A DNA stretch of 64,000 bases from the human T2T-CHM13v2.0 reference genome, Homo sapiens. The stretch lies in assembly GCF_009914755.1 (NCBI RefSeq), contig NC_060926.1, one strand, 5' to 3'. The notes below the pieces were generated by a model, which saw only the letters and a program-made list of their open reading frames with translations, did not search any database and was not told the origin of the DNA. Shown here piece by piece: positions 1-14,301 of this stretch. Made by a program: the position numbers and the translations under genes. The stretch's first letter is position 1. Each line of letters begins with the position of its first letter.

Positions 1-320
1 CACTGTTAAACACCAGAGAAACAATTGGACAAATGTTGGTATATTGACTCAACATACAGTACTATGTAACCATTTTAAATGATCATTAATAGAATTGTGT
101 GATATTATGAAAGTTCTTATGCTGTAACATGAGCTATAAGAAACTAGAATACAAAATTGCATATTATAAAGTATCTCTGAAAATTAATATGCACATGAAC
201 AAAACTGAAAGGTAGTGTACAAAATAAAAATGCTATTCTAGTTTAGGGGGGTTGTAGGTCATTTCTTTTCCTTTCTCAGAGCTTTCTTTAAACTGGTGTT
301 ATATTGTCTTAGTTGTTTAA
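1..320 (+). mobile_element. Old L1M (L1ME-like) 3' UTR remnant
   Basis: AT-rich, resembles L1ME 3' end (AGAATACAAAATTGCATAT...); highly diverged. Confidence 0.45.
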
Positions 321-334
321 AAGAATAAGTTAAA

Positions 335-500
335 ACAAAATGGCACAGGCAGTCTGAGCTGTGGATTGAGAGTCAAAGGACCTGAGTTTTCTTCTTTTTT
401 GTTTCCCAACATAATGTGTTTTGGCTGTAATAAACCTCAGTTTCTCCATCTGCATGATGGGTTAACACTAGTTTTCTTTACCCCAGGTTGACAGAATATT
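335..500 (+). mobile_element. MIR SINE remnant
   Basis: MIR core CCTCAGTTTCTCCATCTG. Confidence 0.65.
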
Positions 501-2304
501 TATTTTTATAATGCTTCTAACTCACCGAATGCAAGGGTTCATATAAATTTGGTCCTGGGAGAATGAAGGGCAGGAGGGAAAGGAAAAAATAAATAGGCAT
601 AATTAATTTTAAAAGGAAAGATCATCTGCTTTAATCGGAAATGTATGTGTATTGTGCCCCTAGTCAGAGTTTTAAGTGCACTTCGTGTTAGTTAGCAACT
701 TCAATTTAAAGTGCTGTGTGATCCTCTGGGCTTTGAAGATATGAATTCTCTATACATACACATGAGCTAAAATTACCGCATAATCACGAGGATGTGTGCA
801 CTTTGAATAATTGAATGCACTAAACATCTCCAGCTGATGGATTGATGATGTGGGAGAGTAGTGCAAAACCCACGTGACACGGAAGATTACAAGACATTTT
901 GAAATGATAGCTTAATTTTCAACCTTTTTTTTTTTTTTTTTTGCTTGTGCTTTCTCTTTTAGCGATTATGGGCAAGTAAAAGAGATTTGATTATCTTGTT
1001 TCCTGTGAAAGGTTATTTAGCCCCTCAATCCCATTAAGTCACTTTCTGCACTCCAGTGCACTGAGCCTTCAGGTTATCAGCCCAGGAAGAGTAAATGGAG
1101 ACACCAGGATCAGATTTCTAAAGGAAGGAAAGTTAAAGCAAAGTTTGAAAGGGGTGACAGCCAACAGCCATGAGCTTAGGAACTCAATTAGACTAAAAAG
1201 ACAACTATCTCATTATCTCGTTCCGAAATGATCTAAATACATAAGAATCTAAAAGTTTTAAATAAACTTGTCCTGCCGACTGTCTAGATGACTGAATTTC
1301 CCTTCTCAAAAAATTTTTAAACACCCGCTTTCATATTTATTTATTCTAAGAGTGAAGCAGCTGCGATAATTATGCTGTCAGCCTCGGGAAGCTAATGAGG
1401 AGTCACCAGAGTGGAAGGTTTTGCATTTGTGAGATTGCTGAAGGAGAGCCGCGCTGCAGCTTTTTTCGTTTTTTATTTCCCTTTCTTTCTTTCTTCCTCC
1501 TTTTTCTTTTTCTATGAGTTGGGAAGGAGAGTCTGGCAGTCCACAGCCAAATTGGAATCCTTTTGATTAACCGGTTGCCTTCCCAGCATGTTCTGCCAGA
1601 TAGTGTCTCTCTCTCTCTCCCTCCCTCCCTGCTTTTGAGGAGCTGCTGCTTTTGAGGGGCAAGGAAGCCGGAGGGAAATCCCAGCTTTTCATGCCACTGT
1701 CCCCAAGGCAAGAGGATACTTCTCCCCGAGAGAAGTTCCCCAAATGGTTTGGATTTGAGTTGATTTGAGAATAATTGGTAAAGTATACGCACTGTTTATT
1801 TTAGCCATTTAACTGTCTATGCTATGACAAGATCTAATAGAAAGTAGAATACAAAATTGCATATTATAATATCCGTGTGAAAATGTCTTATGCATATCAA
1901 CAAATGGTATGATGGCTCCCCTTTCCAGCCTATTTGGAATATGCGATTCCAAATACAAGACAACGAGACCCCAGATTACCCACAGCATTTAAGGGCAGAA
2001 GTTTAGGCCAGGCGAGGCAGAGCTGGCAAGTTTATTTCTTCCCTTTGGGTGTGAGCAGCTTCCAGCAAACAGTATTATTTAAGGCATTTTATGCTTTTGG
2101 TGCAGTAATAACAGAAGGCTCTCTTTTTGTTAAATTGTGAGATATTTTGAGCACCCCAGATTTATGCAAATTGTGAACCTGGGAAAAGCAATGCCCAAGT
2201 GGAAAGGGGCCCTGAGTAAATTTTGCGGATGTGCTTTGGTGACAATGTGGCTGCTGCCTCTTGCTATTTTTCTCAGATATCTGTGCTAATACTTGTAACA
2301 ATGG

Positions 2305-2470
2305 CTACCATTTATTAAAAACATATTGTGTATCATAAACTAACACAAGGTGTTTTGCATATATTATCTTCTTTAAACTTACAGCAATCTGCCAGGAAGT
2401 TTTATTTTCCGTACTTTTCAGATAAGCCCCTTGCAATGTCAACTTTTGGAGGAACTGGCTTGTAGCTTTA
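2305..2470 (-). mobile_element. MIR remnant
   Basis: CTACCATTTATT...TTTTCAGATAAG matches reverse MIR. Confidence 0.5.
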
Positions 2471-2636
2471 GTGTAGTGAGCATTCAGGAGTAGCAAGCAC
2501 TTAACAAACACAGGCACTTGGGAAAATGCGAACTGCCAGTATTCTGAGCTAACCAAATACCTGATTTGGACATCAAAGGTAGTATATATATTTTCAAATA
2601 GTTTTTTTTTTCTCAATTTGCAAAAGTTGCACCTTA

Positions 2637-2971
<335 letters not shown>

Positions 2972-3009
2972 CTAATGTATCTAACAAAATTGGAAACTTC
3001 CTAAAACAT

Positions 3010-3490
3010 ATCTAGCCCAACGTGATGCTCATTGCCTATCACTCTCGAACATCACCCTCTAACTAACGTCCGGACTCCTTGACATGATATTAGTTCCCTT
3101 CACCATCTGGTTCCAACTATTTTTCCAACTTTATCTCCCAGTCTGTCTTGTTCTAACCATGCAAGATGACTTGCAGTTCCCTCAAACACTTTTCTTCCTT
3201 CATATCTTTGCTCATGCTGATCCCTCAACCGGGAATATCCTCCTTGGCAGTCCTTCACTATTGAGGGCATAGTAATCCTTCAAGTCTCAAAGGGCACCTT
3301 GTCTATGCTCTGTTTGTGCTCCATAGACTTGGAGGGAGAGGTTATCATAATCCTTTGTTTGTGCCTCACTTTTGGTCCTTCTTTGTATGTGTATGTGTGT
3401 GTATTCCTATTTTTATCATCTTCAACAAGTAGCATACTGCCTTGCACAAGTGTTCACTTGGTAAATATGCATTAAATTGAATTAAATAGA
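3010..3490 (+). mobile_element. L2 LINE 3' remnant
   Basis: Pyrimidine-rich L2-like tract ending ...GTAAATATGCATTAAATTGAAT. Confidence 0.5.
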
Positions 3491-4115
3491 AGGCACTTGC
3501 CAACTATTGGATTCAGTAAAGTGAGTCATCTATGAGTCAGTATGAATTATTAGTAAATAAGTCTGGCTCATGTTTTGACATTTCTTCAGGTGGCAAATAT
3601 TACAACAGACAAAAATATACCACAGAAGATCCCAGGAAATAACATATTGGTGCTTCTCTCTTTTCATTCCTACAGAGGAGTCTTTGTTTACAGTTTCAGG
3701 AGTGAGGCTAAAGCCAGAAATGTGTGACCTTTTGGCCTCCTACCAGAAAGGTCACCACCCAGCCCAGTTTAGCAAATGCTGGTGAAAAGAAAGGGCGAGA
3801 TCACCAAGGTTCTTCCAGGTAAGTGGTTGCAACAGTGAGGTTCCTTATGGAACAAATTGAAAAGCAATTGGTGCCGGGTGGAGAGGACATTGCTCAGGGA
3901 TTCAGAGCACCTCTGTGCTGTTTCTAGTTCTTCTTCGCCAGCTCTAGGACAGGTGGCCTTGCCTCTTCAGGCCTCCATTGCCTGGGCTGGGCAAAGAGAA
4001 TAATTACATGCATTGCCTTTCTCTTCCACTCCCGGAGCAGGGATAAAGCTCCTAAGACAGAACTTCTATGCTTCCTCATCGGTGTGAGATCTTCAGCTGA
4101 CACAGGTGGGACGAA

Positions 4116-4215
4116 GGGAGGCAGAGGTTGCAGTGAGCCAAGATCGCACCACTGCACTCCTGGTGCGTCAGCCTCCCAAGTGCTGGGATTATAGGCGTGA
4201 GGCACAGTGCCCAGC
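4116..4215. mobile_element. Chimeric Alu fragment: + strand right-arm piece joined to - strand left-arm piece
   Basis: 4116-4160 GGGAGGCAGAGGTTGCAGTGAGCC...CACTCC (+); 4168-4215 TCAGCCTCCCAAGTGCTGGGATTATAGGCGTGAG (-). Confidence 0.9.
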
Positions 4216-4329
4216 TGGAAATCTATTTGTATAGACTCTAAGGTGCAACTTTTGCAAATTGAAAACAACTGTTTTCCGTTAACTAGGGAATTCTCACTGT
4301 CAACTGACAGGGCAAAATTTTGTCCTGGT

Positions 4330-4437
4330 AAGGGTAACAAACAAAGTTTTCCCCAAAACAAAGGGGTTTCCGGGATGTAGGATGCTCAGTACTAGAATTG
4401 GTGCAGTCCTGGGTAAACCAGGATGGTTGGTCACCTT
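4330..4437 (-). mobile_element. MER94-like hAT-Blackjack MITE
   Basis: Reverse complement begins AGGTGACCAACCATCCTGGTTTACCCAGGACTG; AGGGTAAC at the other end. Confidence 0.75.
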
Positions 4438-6963
4438 TGTGGCACAAATTACCTTCCAGGGTAATCTTGAGGAGGAAGGGGTGCTGTGAAGGATTTTCCC
4501 AAACCCACCATACCCTTAAATGAGTACTGCTAGCAGGCACAGGAAGCCAGGTGGGACAACTCCAAAAGTCACCGTAGTATAGACAACCCTATAGATGTCT
4601 CAAGAGCACTTCCCATACTGGGGCTTCCATGGTGGTAGATGGGACAGCAAACAAGATAGAGGAATCAAGGTAGAGCCCACATGCACAGCCTGCCAGCCAG
4701 CCTGCCCGCCCTTTAGGTGACCCTGGCTATATTCCAAACCACAAGCATTATCCTATGATTTGGCCACCCATTTGACAACCACAGCTTGGCCGTGCTTCCC
4801 AGGGGCCTAGATGGTAACCACCGGTATCTCCCTACACACCCCCCAACAATATCACTCACATGGCTGGATTCACTCTTCATTCTTTCTTTTGATCTCTATC
4901 TTTGGCTGTCACGATTTAAAGGCATATACACATTAAAGATATCGGCTTCCTGGCTCTTCTAAGATCATTGTCTTGTCTTCAAAGAGCAGGGAAGTTTAAA
5001 ATTATAGCTGATCCTCAGAGCATTTTATGAAATACCTAAGTTTGTATTTTGACAATATACATTTAGAATTACAATTGGTGATATAATATGGTATTTCCCA
5101 AGCAAAATATTCTCTAGAGCAGAGCTTTTACTGTATAATTATTTTAAACCTGCTAGTTATAAGGACAGAATGAACTTTAGCTGCATTCTGTGAAGTGGAG
5201 GGCCTTACCCTTCATAAAATTATCAAAGATACTAATCGAAATGGGCTCAGATGGTGGTGCTCCATTAACATTATTATTATTTCTATTGTTGTTATTTTAT
5301 TTTCTTAAGCAGCTGGAAGGTAGGGAGATAACCTTGCCTTTCTGATCTACAGTGACCTTCCACAAAAAATTGCTACCTGTAGACATAAATTGGTCACAAT
5401 AGAAAATCAATTAAATGCAGCATGTCAAGCTTGTGGCCTGCGCCAGCAATTGAAGAAGGGAGAAGGCAGATTTTGCCTCTGCTGGAGTAAGCTCATGATG
5501 TCCCTAGGCCTTGGTACGAATGTAAGGAGATAAAACTGAGATGAGCCACAAGAGGGAAAAGCTAGAGCAATTAAACTGTTTAATAAATGGCTTGGGATCA
5601 GCAAAATCTAGAGTGCTAGAGTTAGAGAGACTAAAAGCAGTAATCACATGGACACTTGGGGCCTGTAAATCTTTTCCAGTGAATTGAATTTATGTTAAAA
5701 TATTCACTTTTCAGGAGAGTCAAAATGTAAATTGGCGTATTAGGACTTCGTAACTGGCAGCAATGCCTCAAAATTAAGATTCTTGAAAGAGCTTCAAAAT
5801 GTCGGTTTCAGGCAGGGAAAAAATGTGTACTGATGTCTACAACAGAGAAATAGAGGGGAACTAAAATTTACTGGATAGATACCACACACCAGGCACTACA
5901 GTAAGGGCTTTACACATATTCTTTCAAAGCTTGGCATGTTTTGAGCAGTTGGTGGTGGTGAGTTACAATGATAGCTTATAGAAGCCATCTGGAGATAGAT
6001 TTTGATTATTTGCAAAGCTTTCTTAGTTCTTATAACCAGGGTTAAGATGCTGCCTCCCTTATGTTTTATCATTACCTTTTCTATCAATATATATAATGCC
6101 ATCAATAACTTTGCAATGTTTAACTGATTTTCCTTCATCAATACTCTGTTGTTCATTATTTTGATTGTGTTTATTTTTCATTCACTTCCAGGGCTGTATT
6201 TCTGCAGTTTCGGTTTTCATTTGCTTCAGCTTACTAAGAAGCTTCAAATCTAACTCCATACTGAACAAGGGGCTTTATGTCCTCACCTATGACCTGGAAT
6301 AGTTTAAATATGGTGTTCAAGGCAATAGTACATAATAGTGGAAGAAAATTCAGTGGAAGGTTATTGCTATTGTCATTTGCATAGAATTTAAGTGATTGAT
6401 TTAAAAAAACTGGACATAAACTAAGTCTAAGAAGAGGGCTTCTGAATAACTTCATTCATTTTGGCATTTGTTAAGAGATTCCTGGGCTAGAAGGTTGATT
6501 TCCCAAAAAGACAGATAAGAGACTGACAATTTAAAAGAATCTGGAGACAGAGCTGGTGCTTACAGAGACCTGCCACTCCTGTGTTCACTTACAATTTCTC
6601 CCAACAAAAGGATTTCTGTGGCAAGGAGAAAACTAGCCTAAAGTTTAGAAAAAGATGGTTTCTTGGATAACATTGTTAACAAAAGGACTTCCTGAGGACT
6701 ATTTATTATTATTTTGTAGGGGGCACTTCCTCCTTCACTAAACTGGATTATCAGAACGTATTACCACCCAACCCATATTTTAGAAGTTTGGATTTGGCTG
6801 CTGATTAGAAATGAATTTCAGGCTATCTCCTCCTACTGAATCTTAATTGTCTGTGATGATGGCAACAGTGATGGGGAATCTAAGCGCTGGTTTGATGGTG
6901 GAGATATTGAATAAGTAGTTGGGAGCAGAGTTCCAAAGATGTAATTTAAGCCCTGTTGCACCA

Positions 6964-6964
<1 letters not shown>

Positions 6965-7000
<36 letters not shown>
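6965..7000. repeat. (CA)18 microsatellite
   Basis: Direct read. Confidence 0.98.
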
Positions 7001-7003
<3 letters not shown>

Positions 7004-7269
7004 CTCAAGTAAAATGAGAGATCTGTCTTAGCTAACACGTGTGCCGTTTTATACAATGACTCCTTCTAAAAGCAGCCAGGGAAACTCAAATCGCTTCTGT
7101 CCAGGGATCATCTCAGGAAATGTAGCAGCCTAGAAACCAGAGACCTCTGTATATCCTTTGGAAGAGCAAGGAGGAACTAATTAAGAGAGAATTAAAAAAT
7201 AGTAACTATCCCCCAATGTCTGAGATGGAAAAAGGAAAAAGACACATGGGTAGCCCAAATCAACCTGCC

Positions 7270-8120
7270 TGAGTAAGTATCTGATTTTAGTAAGGCATTT
7301 GACAAAGACTGTCCAGCTATACCTGAAAGATGAAACAGTGTAGGCTGGGTGATGGAGCAGATATATGTACTCAAATCATGGTGTTTATTTAACCCAGAGA
7401 AAGGCCAGCCGTGGTGTGCTACAAGGTTCAGTCTTGAGTCCTATTCTGGTCAAATATTTTTATTAATTACTCGAATAAATCAGAGTACATGGACAACTTT
7501 ATACAACTCCTTGAAGTAAGTACTATTATTATTAATTTATGACTTCCATTTCACAAAAGAGGAGACTGAGGCTCAGTGAAGTTAGGTAACTCCTTCATAG
7601 TAGCATGCCAGAGTGAAGATGCAAACCTCAGACCTGGTTCTCCAATGTTCCTGACACCTATCGAATTTAGAGAATACACAACTCTTGCAGAGGCAGCTGC
7701 TATTTAGTATTGGATCATGATTCAAAAGACACCTTGCTAGAAGCCAATGAACAGCAGGCCAAAACAACACTTACTTGCATCAAATTTCATCTGACTTAAA
7801 TTCTTACACTTTGGGCTACAACTTAAAAAAGGCTATGACTTAGTGGAAATTGGCACTTTTAAGTACAATATGAATTAATAGTATAATTTCGCTGTCCCCC
7901 AGAGATAATGCTAGTACCAATCGAAAGCTCAGGGATGCTACTGTTGACGCATCAGCAAGAGTTCTTGAGCAGTTTTACCTGTCCATCAATACAAAGAGTT
8001 CCCACAACAGTAGTGGGATTCCTCTGCCTCTCTGAAGATATGAGAGCTATAGGAGGGATTCCCATGTTGGAGGTTAGAAGAGCTGACCTCCAATGTCCCG
8101 TCTAATTCCAAGATTCTCCA
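7270..8120 (+). mobile_element. L3/CR1 LINE remnant (RT region to 3' end), interrupted by a MIR at about 7510-7640
   Basis: Translates DFSKAFDK (7283) and GVLQGSVLSPILV then frameshifted NIFIN (7413), CR1-type RT motifs; CR1-like 3' end TCCCGTCTAATTCCAAGATTCT. Confidence 0.75.
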
Positions 8121-8574
8121 ATAATGACTTTGGAACAGCTGTGTACAGATTATACTTGGAATTATGCTTAGATACTATTGCTGCAGGAATGAATAGACAA
8201 ATTTTGTTATTAAAAAATTGATTTTATTAAGTGGAAGTTGACAGAATTATCCTCTTTATAATGGAGGAACATTATGCTTATGCATATGCATATACCTTAT
8301 GCATATGATTATGCTTGTGCTTCCTTCTTTAATGGATTTACCTATTCAAAAGCTTAATAAATGTTATAAGACTCTAAAACATTTAAATCTTTCATTTCTC
8401 AATTTTATCAAATAAACATTCCTGGAATTTGTGCATATTTTTTCATCCCGTGTTTTGGTTGTTTCTTCCGTATAGACCAACACCAGACTTTAAAAAACAT
8501 AATTTATTTTTGTTCAGTTTGAGGCACTAGTTATTTTAGTGATGCTTACTTAGCCACTAGTGCTATTCTCCTAA

Positions 8575-9140
8575 TATTTCTGTCTTCCAGGCATCCATAA
8601 TGGGGTCGCACTTCTTGGCTCTCTGATGGGTGGATATGGCCACGTGGTTAGTTCTGGCTAATGAATTGTGAGTGGACGTGATCTCTGTCACTTCTGGGCC
8701 AAGCATTCATTTGATTGCCAGTATAAGACCCTCCAAATTTCTTTCCTTTTTTTTTTTTTTTTTTTGTTCTGTTTTTTGAGACGGGGTCTCACTATGTGGC
8801 CTAGGCTGGCATGCAGTGACTATTCACAGGTTGTGATCATCACACACTACAGACTCAAACTCCTGGGCTCAAGCAATCCTCCTACCTCAGCCTCCCAAGT
8901 AGTCAGGACTACAGGTGTGCACCACCACATCTGACTCAAATTTCACTTTACTTTCCCTCGGTTCCAGTGACCAGCAGTGTTTAAGATGATCCCAGAATGA
9001 GGAGATGTAGAACAGAGTTCCTGGATGACATATGATGAAGGTGTAGTGGAAGAGAGAAGTAAAACTTTATTGTTTTAAGCCACTAATATTTTGAGGTTAT
9101 TTGTTACTATAGTATAACCTAGTCTATCCTGACTGCTACC
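8575..9140 (+). mobile_element. MLT1 (H/I-like) MaLR solo LTR
   Basis: GTTCTGGCTAATGAA...TCACTTCTGGGCC and 3' end TTTTAAGCCACT...TTGTTACT...CCTGACT. Confidence 0.8.
8748..8934 (-). mobile_element. FAM (fossil Alu monomer) inserted in MLT1
   Basis: Monomer retaining 7SL-derived CTATTCACAGG segment, T-tail, TSD-like CAAATTTC on both sides. Confidence 0.85.
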
Positions 9141-9160
9141 AGGACACATAAAACACACAC

Positions 9161-9362
9161 CTGCACTATCCAACGTGGTAGCTACTAGCTACATGTGACT
9201 TTATATTTACATTTGAATTAATTATTAAATGTAAAAATCAGTTTCTCATTCACACTGACCATATTTCAAATGTCAATAGCTCAGAGGCTGGTGGCTGCCA
9301 TATTGCATGATGCAGATACAGAACATTTCTATTATTGCAGAAAGTTCTGTTGAACGGTGCTG
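9161..9362. mobile_element. MER3-like hAT-Charlie MITE
   Basis: CTGCACTATCCAA...GCTACTAGCTACATGTG...AGAAAGTTCTGTTGAACGGTGCTG. Confidence 0.8.
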
Positions 9363-10091
9363 ACATAGAGTGTCAGGATTTATACGAGAGTTGATAGTGA
9401 TGTCTTCTAACATTTCTTGATATTTTAAGTGTGCATTTAATACCACCTTGAAGTTAGTCTCTAAAGATTTTGCCTTTTAAAAATAAAATCTCTGAGAGCC
9501 TCCAGTGGATGCTGGAAGAAAATAAATCACTCTGAAAAGTTACACTTCTTAGAACCAAACAACTCAGAAGGTCTTTTCCTGACGGTTACATTGACAGAGA
9601 AGATGAACACCTTTTGATTAGTTTTGACACCTTTCATTAATAAATTCCGAGGGCAGTTTTATTTTAGTCCATCCTCCCTGATTTTCTGCACATTTTCTAC
9701 TTCTAACTCTTCTCTATCCCTAAGTGGGTTGATGTGCACCTGATATAAGATCTCATGTGCATAGTAATGAAATCATCCAAGTTTATTATCATCCTTATAC
9801 ACAATTGTTTCTATTGTAAGAACTATTAATATCATTGGATATTACAAGAAAATCTTGTAAGTAGACCAAAATGGAACCAAGATGTAAAATAATCCTTCTC
9901 ATTAATTATTCAACAAACATCCAGGCAATAGAAATACAAAAATTAACAGTTTCCCCAAGGATCATATAGTCTAATGGAGAGTTAGCTGTAAATAAATATA
10001 AGATCCAATGACAACATGTCAATCTGCCCTATCACAGAGGAGATGACATAGGCTTTGTCATGAAGGGAGAGTGTGCCAGGCAGGCAATTGA

Positions 10092-10378
<287 letters not shown>

Positions 10379-10415
10379 AAGATCCCCAATGTGACAGTAT
10401 TATAGAAAGGACAGG

Positions 10416-10560
10416 AGCTGGGAGAGGTGACATGCACCTGTATTGCCAGCTACTCAGGAGACTGAGGTAGGAGGATCCCTTGAGCCTAGGAGTTTGAGGC
10501 TGCCTGGGCAATAGAGCAAGACTCCATCGCTAAAAAAAATAATAATAAAACTAATAAAAA
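10416..10560 (+). mobile_element. FLAM-type Alu monomer
   Basis: Single monomer with A-rich tail. Confidence 0.8.
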
Positions 10561-10569
10561 AGAAAGAAC

Positions 10570-11467
<898 letters not shown>

Positions 11468-11479
11468 GCAACTAATTGA

Positions 11480-12300
11480 TCATTGGGCCGTGTGGTGTTG
11501 GGGGCAGTGGGAGGTGAAGAATGGGCATAAGGTTTCCAATCTGGGGGCCTGGATGGCTTGTTACATCATTCACAGTTGGGTACTTCCTTTGAGAGAGACG
11601 GTTATGAGCTCACTTCTAGACATCTTGAGTTTGAGGTACTGGTGTGCATAAGATGATTAGAACCGCCGGCCTGGGAACAGGACGTGGAGATGGCTGTGAG
11701 TGAGTGTCATCTACACACTGATGGTCCTTGAAGTCCCCAGGATGTGACTTCCCAAGAGAACATATCTGAAGAGAGGAAGCACAAGAATTGTACCTTGGGA
11801 AAGCTCAATATTAGCTTTATTTAAGCAGTATTTAGAGCTTGGAGATGGAAGAATCAACAAAGGAGACAAAGCATTAGTGGTTAGAAATTGGTGGAAAGGG
11901 GAGGTGTTGTGCGGAGAGGGGAGGGACTAGAACCATTCTGTGTGACAGAAGTTAACAAGAGCGTTCCAAGATTGAGTAGCCTGCAGAGAAAACCACCAGG
12001 AAGGTGTGAACAAAGAAAGGCCGTGGATTTGGGAGGCTACCTGTCCTTGGTAACCTACAAGGGAGCAGCTTCCATGGCATGGTGGTCATAGAAGAGCACG
12101 ATGGATTAAAGAGACAGTGACAGGTAAGAAAGCAGAATGAGGGAATATCTTTCAGAAATTGTTGCATAAAAGGATAGGAAAGATGGAGGACTCACTAGAG
12201 CACGGAAGGACTGACAGGTTTCGTGTTTTGTTTGGCATAGGAGAGATTATACATTTTTATGAGCTGAAGAAAAAAGAGAGAAAGAAGTTGAAGAATCAGT
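11480..12300 (-). mobile_element. L2 remnant
   Basis: Purine-rich reverse L2, e.g. TAGACATCTTGAGTTTGAGGT. Confidence 0.6.
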
Positions 12301-12329
12301 AGATAATCCAAAAATACCAGGCATGATCC

Positions 12330-13270
<941 letters not shown>

Positions 13271-13605
13271 GAAGATTCAGAGATTGAAGGAAAGGAGATT
13301 GAGAGTCTATGTTTGCCTGGGAGAGGGTAAGAGATGCATGTCCTCTGAGACTGGAGAAGAGGTAAAGTACACAGATAAAACATAATCAAACCATTGAGCA
13401 GGTGTACAGAATCAGGAGCCAGGTGGTACACAATCAGGCATTTGTTCAAATCTGTCTCTGCCACTTACTAACTGTGTGATTTGGGGGCAAGTTACCTCCC
13501 TTCTCTGCTTTCACTTCCTCCTTTGTAAGATAGGAATGATAATAGTATCTGACTCATAGAGTTGGTGGTGAGGATTAAACGAATTAATACATTTAAAATA
13601 TCTTA

Positions 13606-14301
<696 letters not shown>

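Noticed and set aside
1403-1792. 129-aa minus-strand ORF with a basic tract
   Set aside because: Starts at GTG; the K/R run comes from a low-complexity T/C tract; no recognisable domain
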